The notes beneath the pieces were generated by a model. The model made no database searches, was not told where the DNA came from, and saw nothing but the letters and a program-made list of their open reading frames with translations. From Macrostomum lignano (Eukaryota): a stretch of 30,875 nucleotides of DNA. A program made the position numbers and the translations under genes. Shown piece by piece: positions 1-10,223 of the stretch. The stretch lies in NCBI GenBank assembly GCA_002269645.1, contig NIVC01004936.1, positions 1 through 30,875 of the forward strand, read 5' to 3'. Numbering within the stretch: the first letter of the stretch is position 1; each line of letters begins with the position of its first letter.

Positions 1-174
1 TATGGATGGGTAATAAGCATGCCCATAATATTATCTGTAGGCTACCCGTAGCAAAAATCTAGCAATTATTAATAGTAATATATCGGTGTCTTCTAAACAC
101 ACTTGTCAGATGCAATGCATCTCATATAAATGTACAAAATCAATATCTTTGCAGTGAGGCGTCCAGCTGTAATT

Positions 175-367
175 ATGCTTGCTGCAGCACGTTTGACAGC
201 GTCTCGACTATTACCAGTGCTTCTTCAGCACTAGCATTTGGCAACCAGCAAGCAATGGCAGTGCCGTCTTACTCAGGAGGCCAACCATCTGCATGGGCCT
301 TTATTGTTGCATGGCCAGCAACAGCAAAAAGTTCACGCATCGTCATGTTCGAATGCATCGATTTTTG
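175..367 (+). CDS. Probable first coding exon of the mS38/AURKAIP1-like gene (reading frame ambiguous)
   Basis: Acceptor-like tatctttgcag ends at 154. ATG175 reads MLAAARLTASRLLPVLLQH (presequence-like) but meets TAG at 232. The donor tg|gttagt at 368 joins exon 2 in frame only from another frame that is open across the exon (ATG255 or ATG345). Confidence 0.35.
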
Positions 368-384
368 GTTAGTCGGGATTTGAA

Positions 385-630
385 CGATTGTGAAGATTCG
401 GGTATTGTGAAGAATTAAAGGATTTTTAAGGTTTGACTATTGTGAAGAGTTTGAGATAGTGAAGATTTGGGAAATTGTGAAAGTTTGGGGAATTGTAAAG
501 ATTTTGAAGGATAGTGGAGATTGAGGGATTTGAAGATTTGAGGGATTGTAATTGTGAAGATTTAAGTGATTGTGAAGATTTGGGTATTGCGAAAGATTTG
601 AGGATTGTGAAGATTTAAGTGATTGTGAAT
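385..630. repeat. Degenerate intronic tandem repeat (ttgtgaagatttgag-like)
   Basis: Recurrent ttgtgaagattt motif inside intron 368-717. Confidence 0.75.
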
Positions 631-717
631 ATTTGCTAACTAAATAGTCATACCTACTTCAATATTCTTAATAATTTCCTAATATCTATAAACGCATAAA
701 TCAATTAATTTTCACAG

Positions 718-1159
718 GCCTTTCAAAAAAGCCACAGCTGGGCCTGGCGTCAACAATTTCTCGACAATATTCCTCAATTTGCTGCAGTCCAATCCACCGA
801 GACCCAATCGGTTGCTACTAGAGGCAGCCGCAGCAATAACCCAGCCCGCCAGAACCATAATCTGGCCCCGCGGTCACCTGGACATTGTCAACCGGCGCCG
901 CAGAATGAAACGCCACCAATTGAAGAAGTTTCGCAAGCGTTGCGCGGCAATGCTGCGCGATAAACGCCTGCTGCGGGAGAAGAAGAAAGAAGCGGAATTT
1001 CAAGAGCAGCTGCATCATATGAAGCTGCGCACGTTTGGTTCTGATCCAGTTCAGAAAATTGAACAGCAGTTGAAATTAGCCAGACGGTCTGGTTACCATG
1101 CGGATCTGCTGGCTAAAATTGATGTCAAGCCGGGCGGCAACATTAAGCCGAAGTTTTAG
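718..1159 (+). CDS. AURKAIP1: Mitoribosomal protein mS38 / Aurora kinase A-interacting protein 1-like, main exon
   Basis: Acceptor ttttcacag at 717. The basic helix LDIVNRRRRMKRHQLKKFRKRCAAMLRDKRLLREKKKEAEFQEQL resembles the conserved C-terminal mS38/COX24 (DUF1713) segment recalled from human AURKAIP1. Confidence 0.7.
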
Positions 1160-1514
1160 ATTGTCTGTAATGCTAAACAAATCCTATGACTGACTGTAGA
1201 AACTGATGTTAGTTCTCGTAGTTCAATTTTGTTCAAATATAAGAGCTGATTGTGTTTAAAACTGTATGAGAAATTCTGTTTTAGTGTTTAATTTGGTTAT
1301 TGTTTGTTGCAACTTGATACATTCCTAGGTAGGTTGTGATAGAAGCTGGTTTCGTAGACTCTACCTTACCCTCTACACTGCAGAGCCCCTCTGACCCACA
1401 CGCAGAAGTTGCAGATAATTTGCGATCTCCACTTTATAAGTGTGGAGGTCTCAAGAGTTTCAAGTATTTTAAAATTAAGTATCCGATACTTGAAGTGAAA
1501 ATGAATGAAACAAA

Positions 1515-1987
1515 GCCCAGTGGTTAGAGCGTCGGACTCACGACTTAAAGGTCGGGGGTTCGATTCCCGATCCCATTGAACAAAGGGGTTGTAGCCTAGT
1601 GGTTAGAGCGTCGGACTCACGACTTAAAGGTCGGGGGTTCGATTCCCGATCCCATTGGAACAAAGGGGGTTGTAGCCTAGTGGTTAGAGCGTCGGACTCA
1701 CGACTTGAAGGTCGGGGGTTCGATTTCCGATCCCACTGTAACAGTTTGTATCCTTGAGCAAGACACGTAGCTCTGCATGGCTTCAGTTCACCCAGCTGTA
1801 AAATGGGTGCCAGCATTAGCTGGGGTAATTGAGGCTGTGTGTGGTGTGTGGCGACCCCACACACCTTGTTCCTTGGACTGAACAGCCGTGCGCAGCCTTC
1901 AGATGCGCTGCGCAATAGCTGCGGCTGAGCTGTCGGTTGCACATCTGCCTATTAGGGCAGGTTTAATAAATTATCATAAATATTATT
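1515..1987 (+). mobile_element. tRNA-derived SINE with CORE-like central domain and three tandem tRNA heads
   Basis: Heads at ~1515, 1585 and 1666 carry A box TAGCCTAGTGG, anticodon loop CT-CAC-GA and B box GGTTCGATTCC. They are followed by tgtatccttgagcaagacac...ttcagttcacccagctgtaaaatggg (1747-1807, MIR/CORE-like), a GC-rich body and an AT-rich tail at ~1964-1987. Confidence 0.8.
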
Positions 1988-2046
1988 GGTCTTAAATCGA
2001 TCTATAATTTTTGCCTCATTTCATGACACTTAAATCCTTAGTTGCC

Positions 2047-2544
2047 ATGGCAACAGACCAGCCGGCTCCACTGAACCTGATTGAATCGGGCGCACTCTGT
2101 CAAGAAGGCAGCGATCTGGTGTTTGAAATACTTCAATCCGTGTCAGATATTTGCTCATTCTATCGTCCAACTCAGAGCAGTCTCACTGGCGGTTCTCAAC
2201 AGTCTCAGGCTCCGCTTCATCAGCAGCGGCAAACTCTCACCGATCTGGTTAACTCGTTGGAGCAAAAACTAAAGCGACTTCGAGTTGTGTACACCAGAGT
2301 TGCAGCCGCTAGTAAGCAAGTGGCCCAGCCTGATCCCATCAAATTGCTGCCTCTAGAAGGTGACATTCCAGACGAGCAGGCAGCAGAATCTATTGAAGCC
2401 GCTTCCGCTGCAAAAACCGGCGAAGCGAAACAGCTGATTGAGCAGGTCAACCAGTTGAATGCTGTTATAAAACGTTTAGCATCTGGCAATTCTCAACTCA
2501 TTCACCAGCTGTCGGTAATGCTGAGTGAACTGCCTACTAGCTAA
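2047..2544 (+). CDS. MED30: Mediator complex subunit 30, intronless, 165 aa
   Basis: GALCQEGSDLVFEIL, KLKRLRVVYTRV, DPIKLLPLEGD and the C-terminal helix NSQLIHQLSVML align in order with recalled MED30 motifs (ASLCRIGQETVQDIV, FRKLRLVYDKC, IPVEQLIPY, DQLRNLIWDINAML). ATG2047 has a good Kozak context and an AG acceptor at 2040-2041. Confidence 0.8.
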   Translation: MATDQPAPLNLIESGALCQEGSDLVFEILQSVSDICSFYRPTQSSLTGGSQQSQAPLHQQRQTLTDLVNSLEQKLKRLRVVYTRVAAASKQVAQPDPIKLLPLEGDIPDEQAAESIEAASAAKTGEAKQLIEQVNQLNAVIKRLASGNSQLIHQLSVMLSELPTS

Positions 2545-2989
2545 ATCTGGATTGATTTGTTTTAATTTATTGTCTTAGTTTGCTGTTCAAACACTAACCC
2601 GTTGAAAACGTTATCGTGACCAGAATCGCTAACAACTCACTAGCGGCTTTTGTCACTTTTTAACGACTCAAAGGCCTGTAATGCGACAGTTGAGTGGCCT
2701 GAGACACTTCTTAGCCTTAGGTACCGTTTTCATCGGGAAAAAAAGGTTCATAAATGTTTCGGTTACAAAATTGTAAAAGCATTTTTGTGTATATTTATCA
2801 ATGTCACAAAATTCAGTTCACAATTAATTTTTGTCACTATCGTTCATCTTTATTGGTGTCAACTTCTTAGTTCCTTCTTTAAAAATATATTAGTTCAAAC
2901 AAGTTACAAAGTTTGTACAACTTATATACGATTTTGTCAATCAATTATTTAACGCGTAACTGAGCAACCCTGTCAGCTGAGCAACACTC

Positions 2990-3520
2990 TGGTATCACGA
3001 CTCAAACCCTCTGGAATCGCCACTCAATCACCCTCTAAAATCGCCTCTCAAACACCCTCTGGAATCGCCTCTCAAGCATCCTCTGGAATCGCCTTTTTAA
3101 ACACCCTCTGGAATCGCCCCTCAAACACCCTTTGGAATCGCCACTCAACACCCTCTGGAATCGCCAAACACCCTCTGGAATCGCCAAACATCCTCTGGAA
3201 TCGCCCCTTAAACACCCTCCGGAATCTCATCTCAAACACCCTCCGGAATCGCCACTCAAACACCTCGGAATCTCATCTCAAACACCCTCCGGAATCGCCA
3301 CTCAAACACCCTCGGAATCTCATCTCAAACACCCTCCGGAATCGCCACTCAAACACCCTCGGAATCTCATCTCAAACACCCTCCGGAATCGCCACTCAAC
3401 ACCCTCGGAATCTCATCTCAAACACCCTCCGGAATCGCCACTCAAACACCCTCGGAATCTCATCTCAAACACCCCCTGGAATCGCCCCTCAAACACCCTT
3501 GGAATCTCATTTCAAACACC
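2990..3520 (+). repeat. Tandem array of ~24-bp unit aaacaccctctggaatcgcccctc (left arm of an inverted pair)
   Basis: About 20 directly visible copies with an alternating two-variant substructure. The array ends ~9 nt before the POLR3K ATG. Confidence 0.92.
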
Positions 3521-3529
3521 CTTTCATTC

Positions 3530-3850
3530 ATGTTGCACTTTTGTCCCAACTGCTCAAATCTGCTCCGGCTGGAGCTGGGCGATCGGTGCTACAGATTCGC
3601 ATGCAGCTCCTGCCCCTACATCTACAACGTGCTGTGCGCTATGGAGCAGACAAAATACCCACAATTGAAAGAGATTGACGATATTCTTGGCGGCGAGGAT
3701 GCTTGGAAGAATGCGGCTACCACAGAAGAGCGCTGCCCGGAATGCTCTCACATGCAGTGCTACTTTGTTCAGATGCAAACTAGATCAGCTGACGAGCCCA
3801 TGACTACCAAGTATCGATGCGCCAAGTGCGCCTTCGTTTGGAAAGATTGA
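3530..3850 (+). CDS. POLR3K: RNA polymerase III subunit RPC10/C11, intronless, 106 aa
   Basis: N-terminal MLHFCPNC...FACSSCPY zinc ribbon, KYPQLKEIDDILGG linker and TFIIS-like C-terminal ribbon CPEC...QMQTRSADEPMTT..RC..C..VWKD. Confidence 0.96.
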   Translation: MLHFCPNCSNLLRLELGDRCYRFACSSCPYIYNVLCAMEQTKYPQLKEIDDILGGEDAWKNAATTEERCPECSHMQCYFVQMQTRSADEPMTTKYRCAKCAFVWKD

Positions 3851-4023
3851 TTTTTAAATGCATTCGTTTTTGGCAGTTTTGTGAACGCTCGAATCGTCGA
3901 TTGATAATTGTCTTTTGTTGTAAATATAATATTAAACTGGCATTTGCGTCTGAAGTTTAACTCAGCTTAAATCTTTAACTTTGATTTAACTTTTATCTAC
4001 ACATACGTATGACATCAGACAGA

Positions 4024-4545
4024 CAGGGTGTTTGGGGTGGCGATTCAGAGGGTGTTTATGAGGCGATTCCAGCGGGTGTTTATGGGGCGATTCCAGAGGG
4101 TGTTTGAGGGCGATTCCAGAGGGTGTTTGAGTGGCGATTCCAGAGGGTGTTTGAGGGGCGATTCTAGAGGGTGTTTTAGGGGCGATTCCAGAGGGTGTTT
4201 TAGGGGGTTTCAGAGGGTGCTTGAGTGGCGATTCCAGAGGGTGTTTGAGGGGCGATTCTAGAGGTGTTTTAGGGCGATTTCAGAGGGTGTTTTAGGGGGG
4301 TTTCAGAGGGTGCTTGAGAGGCGATTCCAGAGGGTGTTTGAGGGGCGATTCTAGAGGGTGTTTTAGGGGCGATTTCAGAGGGTGTTTTAGGGGGGTTTCA
4401 GAGGGTGCTTGAGAGGCGATTCCAGAGGGTGTTTGAGGGCGATTCTAGAGGGTGTTTTAGGGGGATTTCAGAGGGTGCTTGAGAGGCGATTCCAGAGGGT
4501 GTTTCAGGGGCGATTCCAGAGGGTGTTTGAGGGGCGATTTTGCCA
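4024..4545 (-). repeat. Tandem array of ~24-bp unit gaggggcgattccagagggtgttt (right arm, reverse complement of the 2990-3520 unit)
   Basis: About 21 copies. The consensus monomer is the reverse complement of the left-array monomer. Confidence 0.92.
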
Positions 4546-4590
4546 GACCTTTCACTTTAGTTGACTTTCAAATTGCTGAGAGAATTACCA

Positions 4591-7059
4591 ATGGCCTCGA
4601 CAGCAATAAGTCGCCGGTTATTTTGCGCAGCATGCCGATTTCCCGGCATATTTAACTCGACAAAGCGTTGCTTAGCAACTGAAACCAGCGTTCCTAGCAA
4701 CGACAACAGTAGCGCAGAATCGAAGCCAACCGGGCCTCAGTACGAAGCGCACACGGATTTCGTTTACCGCGGTCCCGAAGGCGTGGACCCGGCAGACACC
4801 AGCTACATTCTGTTCCCTGGCCAGGCCAGTCAATTTGTCGGCATGGGATCTAAACTGTTGCAATTTCCCCGAACTAAAGAGGTATTTGAGCACGCTAGCG
4901 AGGTGTTGAAGTACGATCTGCTCAAACTGTGCCTGTCTGGGCCGAGCGTAAATTAGCCTTGACTCAGTTTAGTCAGCCGGCCATTTTTGTCACCTCAATG
5001 GCTGCTTTGCTGGCTCTGGAGGAGCTCCATCCGGATGCTGTGCCCAGGTGCATTGGCACCGCTGGATTCAGTGTGGGAGAGTTTGCCGCCTACACTTTTG
5101 CTGGTACTTTCACCTTTGAAGAGGGTGAGTTGTGGTTGCATTCTCCATCAGATTGATGTTGTGCATTCGTAGTGTAACTATATAGCATAAAAGTATTCTT
5201 AACCTAAAGTAATAGGATTTTTATAGTCCAATCCTTCTTAGTCTGATCTGTCACTATTTGTAGTCTAATCTGTATTCGTAGTCTAATCCATTATTCGTAG
5301 GCTAATCTGTCTTTATTCGTAGTCTAATACATGTATATCTTTATTTGTATTGTAGTAAAAATCTATCCTCATCTCCTCGCCTCTCCCATCTCCCACAGGC
5401 CTTCGCCTAGTACAGGTCCGAGCTCAGGCCATGCAATCGGTGAGCGATCAAATCCCTGGCGGCATGACCACCTGCCTGCTGACAGCTGACGCCGATATTG
5501 GCAAAGCAATGAAAGCTGCCAGAGACCACTGCCAGACTAAACACGCCATGATTCGGCCTGTGTGCAATGTAGCCAGCCATCTGTATGCCAGGTGTGTTGT
5601 GCTGGCTGGTCATCGAGAGGTATGGGTATTGCCTTAAGCTGTATAATGCTCAAAATTACTTTTGTTAAATTTCAATTACAGTAGGAAGAAAAAGGAAGGA
5701 TACTGGTACTTAAAGCATGAAACGGCATTTTCAAAGACATTCAATGCTTTAGTCAGCGCCCCGCTTGAGCCATGGTATCTTAGCAACTCTCCCTGAGTCT
5801 ATGGCATCTCAGCAACTCTCTCTTGAGCCTATGGCCTCTCAGCAACTCTTGAGCCTATGGCATCTCAGCAGCTCTCCCTGAGTCTATGGCATCTCATCAA
5901 CTCCCCATTGAGTCTATGGCATCTCAGCAACTCCCTTGAGTCTATGGCATCTCAGCAACCCCCTTGAGTCTATGGAATCTCAGCAACTCTCCCTGAGCCT
6001 ATGGCCTCTCAGCAACTCCTTGAGTCTATGGCATCTCAGCAACCCCCCCCCTTGAGTCTATGGCATCTCAGCAGCTCTCCCTGAGTCTATAGCATCTCAG
6101 CAACCCCCATTGAGCCATGGTACCTCAGCAACTACCCTTGAGTCTATGGCATCTCAGCAACCCCCTTGAGTCTATGGCATCTCAGCAACCCCCCCCCTTG
6201 AGTCTATGGCATCTCAGCAGCTCTCCCTGAGTCTATAGCATCTCAGCAACCCCCATTGAGCCATGGTACCTCAGCAACTACCCTTGAGTCTATGGCATCT
6301 CAGCAACCCCCCTTGAGTCTATGGCATCTCAGCAACCCCCCTTGAGTCTATGGCATCTCAGCAACTCCCGTTGAGTCTATGGCATCTCAGCAGCTCCCCC
6401 ATTGAGCCATGGCATCTCAGCAGCTCCCCCATTGAGCCATGGCATCTCAGTAAACTCCCCATTGAGCCATGGCATCTCAGCAACTCCCCCATTGAGCCAT
6501 GGCATCTCAGCAACTCCCCCATTGAGCCATGGCATCTCAGTAAACTCCCCATTGAGCCATGGCATCTCAGTAAACTCCCCATTGAGCCATGGCATCTCAG
6601 CAGCTCCCCCATTGAGCCATGGCATCTCAGCTTACCGAATACTATTGACACTGTTCACACCAGGCAATCCAGTACATCCAACAGCATCATAAAGACTTTG
6701 GCATCGCCTCCTGCAAGCCGCTAGAAGTGAGCGGCGCTTTCCACACGGATCTGATGTACCCGGCAGCCAAGACTCTGACGCGAGCTCTGAACAAGTGCAC
6801 TATTCGGGTGCCTAGAATTCCAGTTTACTCAAATGTAGCTGTGAAACCGCCCCGCACAGTTGAGTCCATAGCGAAGCTGTTGGTGAAGCAGATGCACTCC
6901 AGTGTGAAATGGCATCAGATTGTCACCTCTCTCACTAGACGACGCCCCGATACACCGCAACCGAACGTCTACGAAGTTGGTCCCGGTCAACAATTGGGCT
7001 ATATTCTACAGAAGATTAATAACAAGGCCTACGCCAAGTATGCCAATGTTCCTGTGTAA
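4591..7059 (+). CDS. MCAT: Mitochondrial malonyl-CoA:ACP transacylase; exons 4591-5124 (1-nt frameshift at ~4944), 5399-5619, 6664-7059; ~383 aa
   Basis: Mitochondrial presequence, then LFPGQASQFVGMG, QPAIF, catalytic GFSVGE and VSGAFHT. GT-AG junctions are phase-compatible. Restoring one G at 4944 gives GP-ERKLALTQFS-QPAIF, the same spacing as human GP-QETLDRTVHC-QPAIF. Confidence 0.93.
5760..6631. repeat. Intronic minisatellite, ~29-30-bp unit (catctcagcaactccccattgagccatgg)
   Basis: About 29 copies in MCAT intron 5620-6663. The last ~9 units are regular 30-mers. Confidence 0.95.
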
Positions 7060-7489
7060 TTCTATAACTTGCATTTTAATATTAAGGTAAACGGTTGGAG
7101 TACAACTTTGATTACAATGCCTCGTCAGCTAATTAGATCATTGTATTTTGACTAAACATCCTTCGTTGCTTTTCGTAGTTTATATAGTCATACTGCAGAA
7201 AATAAGTGCATTGCTAGCATTGACATTAAATATATTTTCTATTATTTTGTCGCCACATGTTCATAATGTCAAGTTTTTAGTCGTTGTTTTGTTTTGTCAG
7301 GTTGAGGTTTTTTTCGTATGATGTGTTTTTTAGTTTGCATATAATACTGTAAGTAGGTAGAGTGTCATTAGAATTATTGTCTGACACCAGATGAATTGAA
7401 GTCTGCCTAGATATTATAGTTTATTATCGGTAAGTGAAATGCCCCAAAAACCAATGCTTTATACATAGTTCTTTTTTGGCGACAACTTA

Positions 7490-9049
7490 TTAAACAATCC
7501 TGACGGGAATCTCAAAGCAGACCAAATCCTTGCTGTTGGGATCAATCAGTTCCCATTTGACCAACACGGCGAGCTGGAATGTTTGTGGGAGAGAATTGAT
7601 AGTTGATACTGAAGGTTACAGAGACGAGTTGTGGTTTTTTGCATGCCTCTTACCGATGGATAAGACTGCAGCACTTCTAGCTGGTTGGTGTACACGTATT
7701 GACTGCCAGTTGCCAGGGGGCATTTCGGGCTCATCGTGTTGCAAGCGTTCGAATCTGGTAGCGGGAAAGGCACCGGGATGCCACCGAGGATGCCATGCAC
7801 CACGGACTTGACTGCGGTGGACGCTTCCGAGGATTGGAAGGTGATGCTTGCGCCAACTTTGGTGCCGCGCTTGAACTCGCACGGCATCTTCGGGCAGGGA
7901 TTGATGTCCACGCTGACGATCTTGCCGGCTGTTGAGCCTGCGGAATTGATGACCATATTGACACTGGCTTATGGAGGGTCATAAGGACTGCTAATAGCTA
8001 GGGTCATAGACACTACTAATGGGTGCTCATTAACACTGCTAATAGAGGATCATAGACACTGCTAATGGGTGCTCATAAACTGCTAATAGAGGGTCATAAA
8101 CACTGCTAATGGGTGCTCATTAACACTGCTAATAGAGGATCATAGACACTGCTAATGGGTGCTCATAAACTGCTAATGGAGGGTCAGAGACATTGCTAAT
8201 GGGTGCTCATAAACTGCTAATAGAGGGTCATAAACACTGCTAATGGGTGCTCATAAACACTGCTAATAAAGGGTCATAGACACTGGTTAATGGCGGGTCT
8301 TAGACACTGATAATGATGGGTCATAGCCACTGGCTAATGGAGGGTAATAGACACTGCTAATGATGGGTCATAGCCACTGGATAATGAAGCGTCAAAGACA
8401 CTGCTAATGGAGGGTCAGACACATTGCTAATGGGTGCTCAGAAACACTGCTAATGGAGGATCACAGACTGGCTAATGGAGGATCATAGAGTGGCTAATGA
8501 CGGTCATAGCCACTGGCTAATGGAGGTAATAGACACTGCTAATGATGGGTCATAGCCACTGGATAATGAAGCGTCAAAGACACTGCTAATGGAGGGTCAG
8601 ACACATTGCTAATGGTGCTCAGAAACACTGCTAATGGAGGATCACAGACTGGCTAATGGAGGATCATAGAGTGGCTAATGACGGGTCATAGACACTGGCT
8701 AATGGAGGGTTATAGACACTGCTAATGGAGGGTCATACACTGGCTGATGGAGGGTCATACACTAGCTGATTAAGGATCGTACACTGGCTGATGGAGGGTC
8801 ATCGACACTGGCTAATGGAGGGTCCTGTGTCAGACAAATTGGCTAACTGAGATCGTTGCGTCGAAATCGAAGGATTGTGAACGGCTAAAAAGTTGATTCA
8901 CAGAAGCAGACGCTTGAAACGAATAGTTTCCAGTATAGTTTTCGAAAACTTTATTAGATCCACTTACCACAGTCCTTGAACTTCACTTTATCGCTCACGG
9001 CAAGGCAAAAGGTGCAGACAAAAACGGCAATTACTAGGGAGAACTTCAT
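7490..9049 (-). CDS. NPC2: NPC2/ML-domain secreted sterol-binding protein; exons 9049-8968, 7937-7654, 7573-7490; 149 aa
   Basis: Signal peptide MKFSLVIAVFVCTFCLAVS, then VKFKDCG, PC...PC, HGILGGIPVPFPLPDSNAC, CPL, YPS and VKWEL...VCFEIPVRI, with six Cys in the mature chain. All junctions are GT-AG and in phase. Confidence 0.93.
7960..8830. repeat. Intronic minisatellite, ~21-24-bp unit (gacactgctaatggagggtcata)
   Basis: Tandem copies fill most of NPC2 intron 1, with some higher-order duplication. Confidence 0.93.
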
Positions 9050-10223
9050 CGTTTGTACCTTCGTTCTGTCTTAGTATGTAGGAGTCTAAAGTTTGGTAAT
9101 GAGCTTGCCTAGACCAAAGTAACCCAGCCATACTATTGCGTGTTATTTATATAGGAACATGTTATCTACGCAATTATCACCCAAGACCTCTCTCCGTGCG
9201 CTTTATCAATTGTGTTTAAAGTTTAGTTTGCTTCCACCAAATCGCGTGATAGGTCATAGTGCAGACTTGTGTAATTCAAATCTGTGGTTCCACCGTCTTT
9301 CTAGGGGCTAGCTAAGGCAGTGACGATAGGAAATGGTTCGACAATTTGGTTCAAGTGGGCCGATATGAAAGTGTTGACTATACATTAATGCCCTTCCGCT
9401 ACCCAGGCCTGTTCAGTTCAGACTGTGTTTAGCGCCAAGTCTCTTAATGATAAGGATCTCATGCCCTTTAAAATTACATTGGTTATAAATTTAAACACTT
9501 CCTAATTTAAGCATCTCGGAATCTATAGGAGAAATGGTTGTGAGGTAGTTTAGCACCACGATATAAATGTGCAAAAAATTATGTTAACCAGGTTAGGTCA
9601 GGTTAACTTCCACTTCGTCGAGGTAGATATCGTCTGTCTAAAATGTGTGATACAAACCCCCATTGACGCTGTCTATGTGTCCATCAAGGCGGGGAAACAA
9701 TGAGAGCTGGGGTTGGGGATTAACATTACCATCGCTCCTATTTTTCATAGAAACATAAAAAGAGCGTTTATCATAGTCATCTCGTCATTTAAGCATTTGA
9801 AGCTCCAAATCGGGACCCAATGCTTCAGGCACCACTCTGGAGCCTTAAGTTCACATGAAATCCCCATTTCTCCCCATACAGATCCTTAAATGCTAAAGTG
9901 GTTGAGTTTTTGGAATAACATGACCTATTTGGCTCCAAATGAAGAGATTGGCATTATAGGAATCGAGGCTCACAATGCTTCAGGCTCCTGTTTGACTCTT
10001 TTTTGTCAAATTCAATACTTGAACCCCGTCATATTTACTCAACCTGTAATAAGCCACCCGTATTCTCCATTGTTCTTGTTCGAGCACTTGTTATCAAAAA
10101 TTTGTCAGTCAATTTTTTGCTGAAATTTTTAATCTCAATTTCAGCGTATGCTTCAAACAGAATTCAATATAGTTGAGCACTTATCGTTGTTTCCTCAAAT
10201 TTGCCCCGACTTTGCAATCCGAC

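Noticed and set aside
1585-1735. Functional tRNA-Val(CAC) genes
   Set aside because: Anticodon stems are mispaired (TCGGA vs CTTAA/CTTGA), the acceptor stem is incomplete and there is no oligo-T terminator. The third head runs into a SINE body.
3005-4541. ORFs 3072-3263, 3132-3668 and 4028-4261
   Set aside because: They are translations of the 24-bp satellite.
6350-6724. Repetitive ORFs (PWHLSSSPIE, MGELLRCHGS etc.)
   Set aside because: They are in-frame 30-bp minisatellite units inside an MCAT intron.
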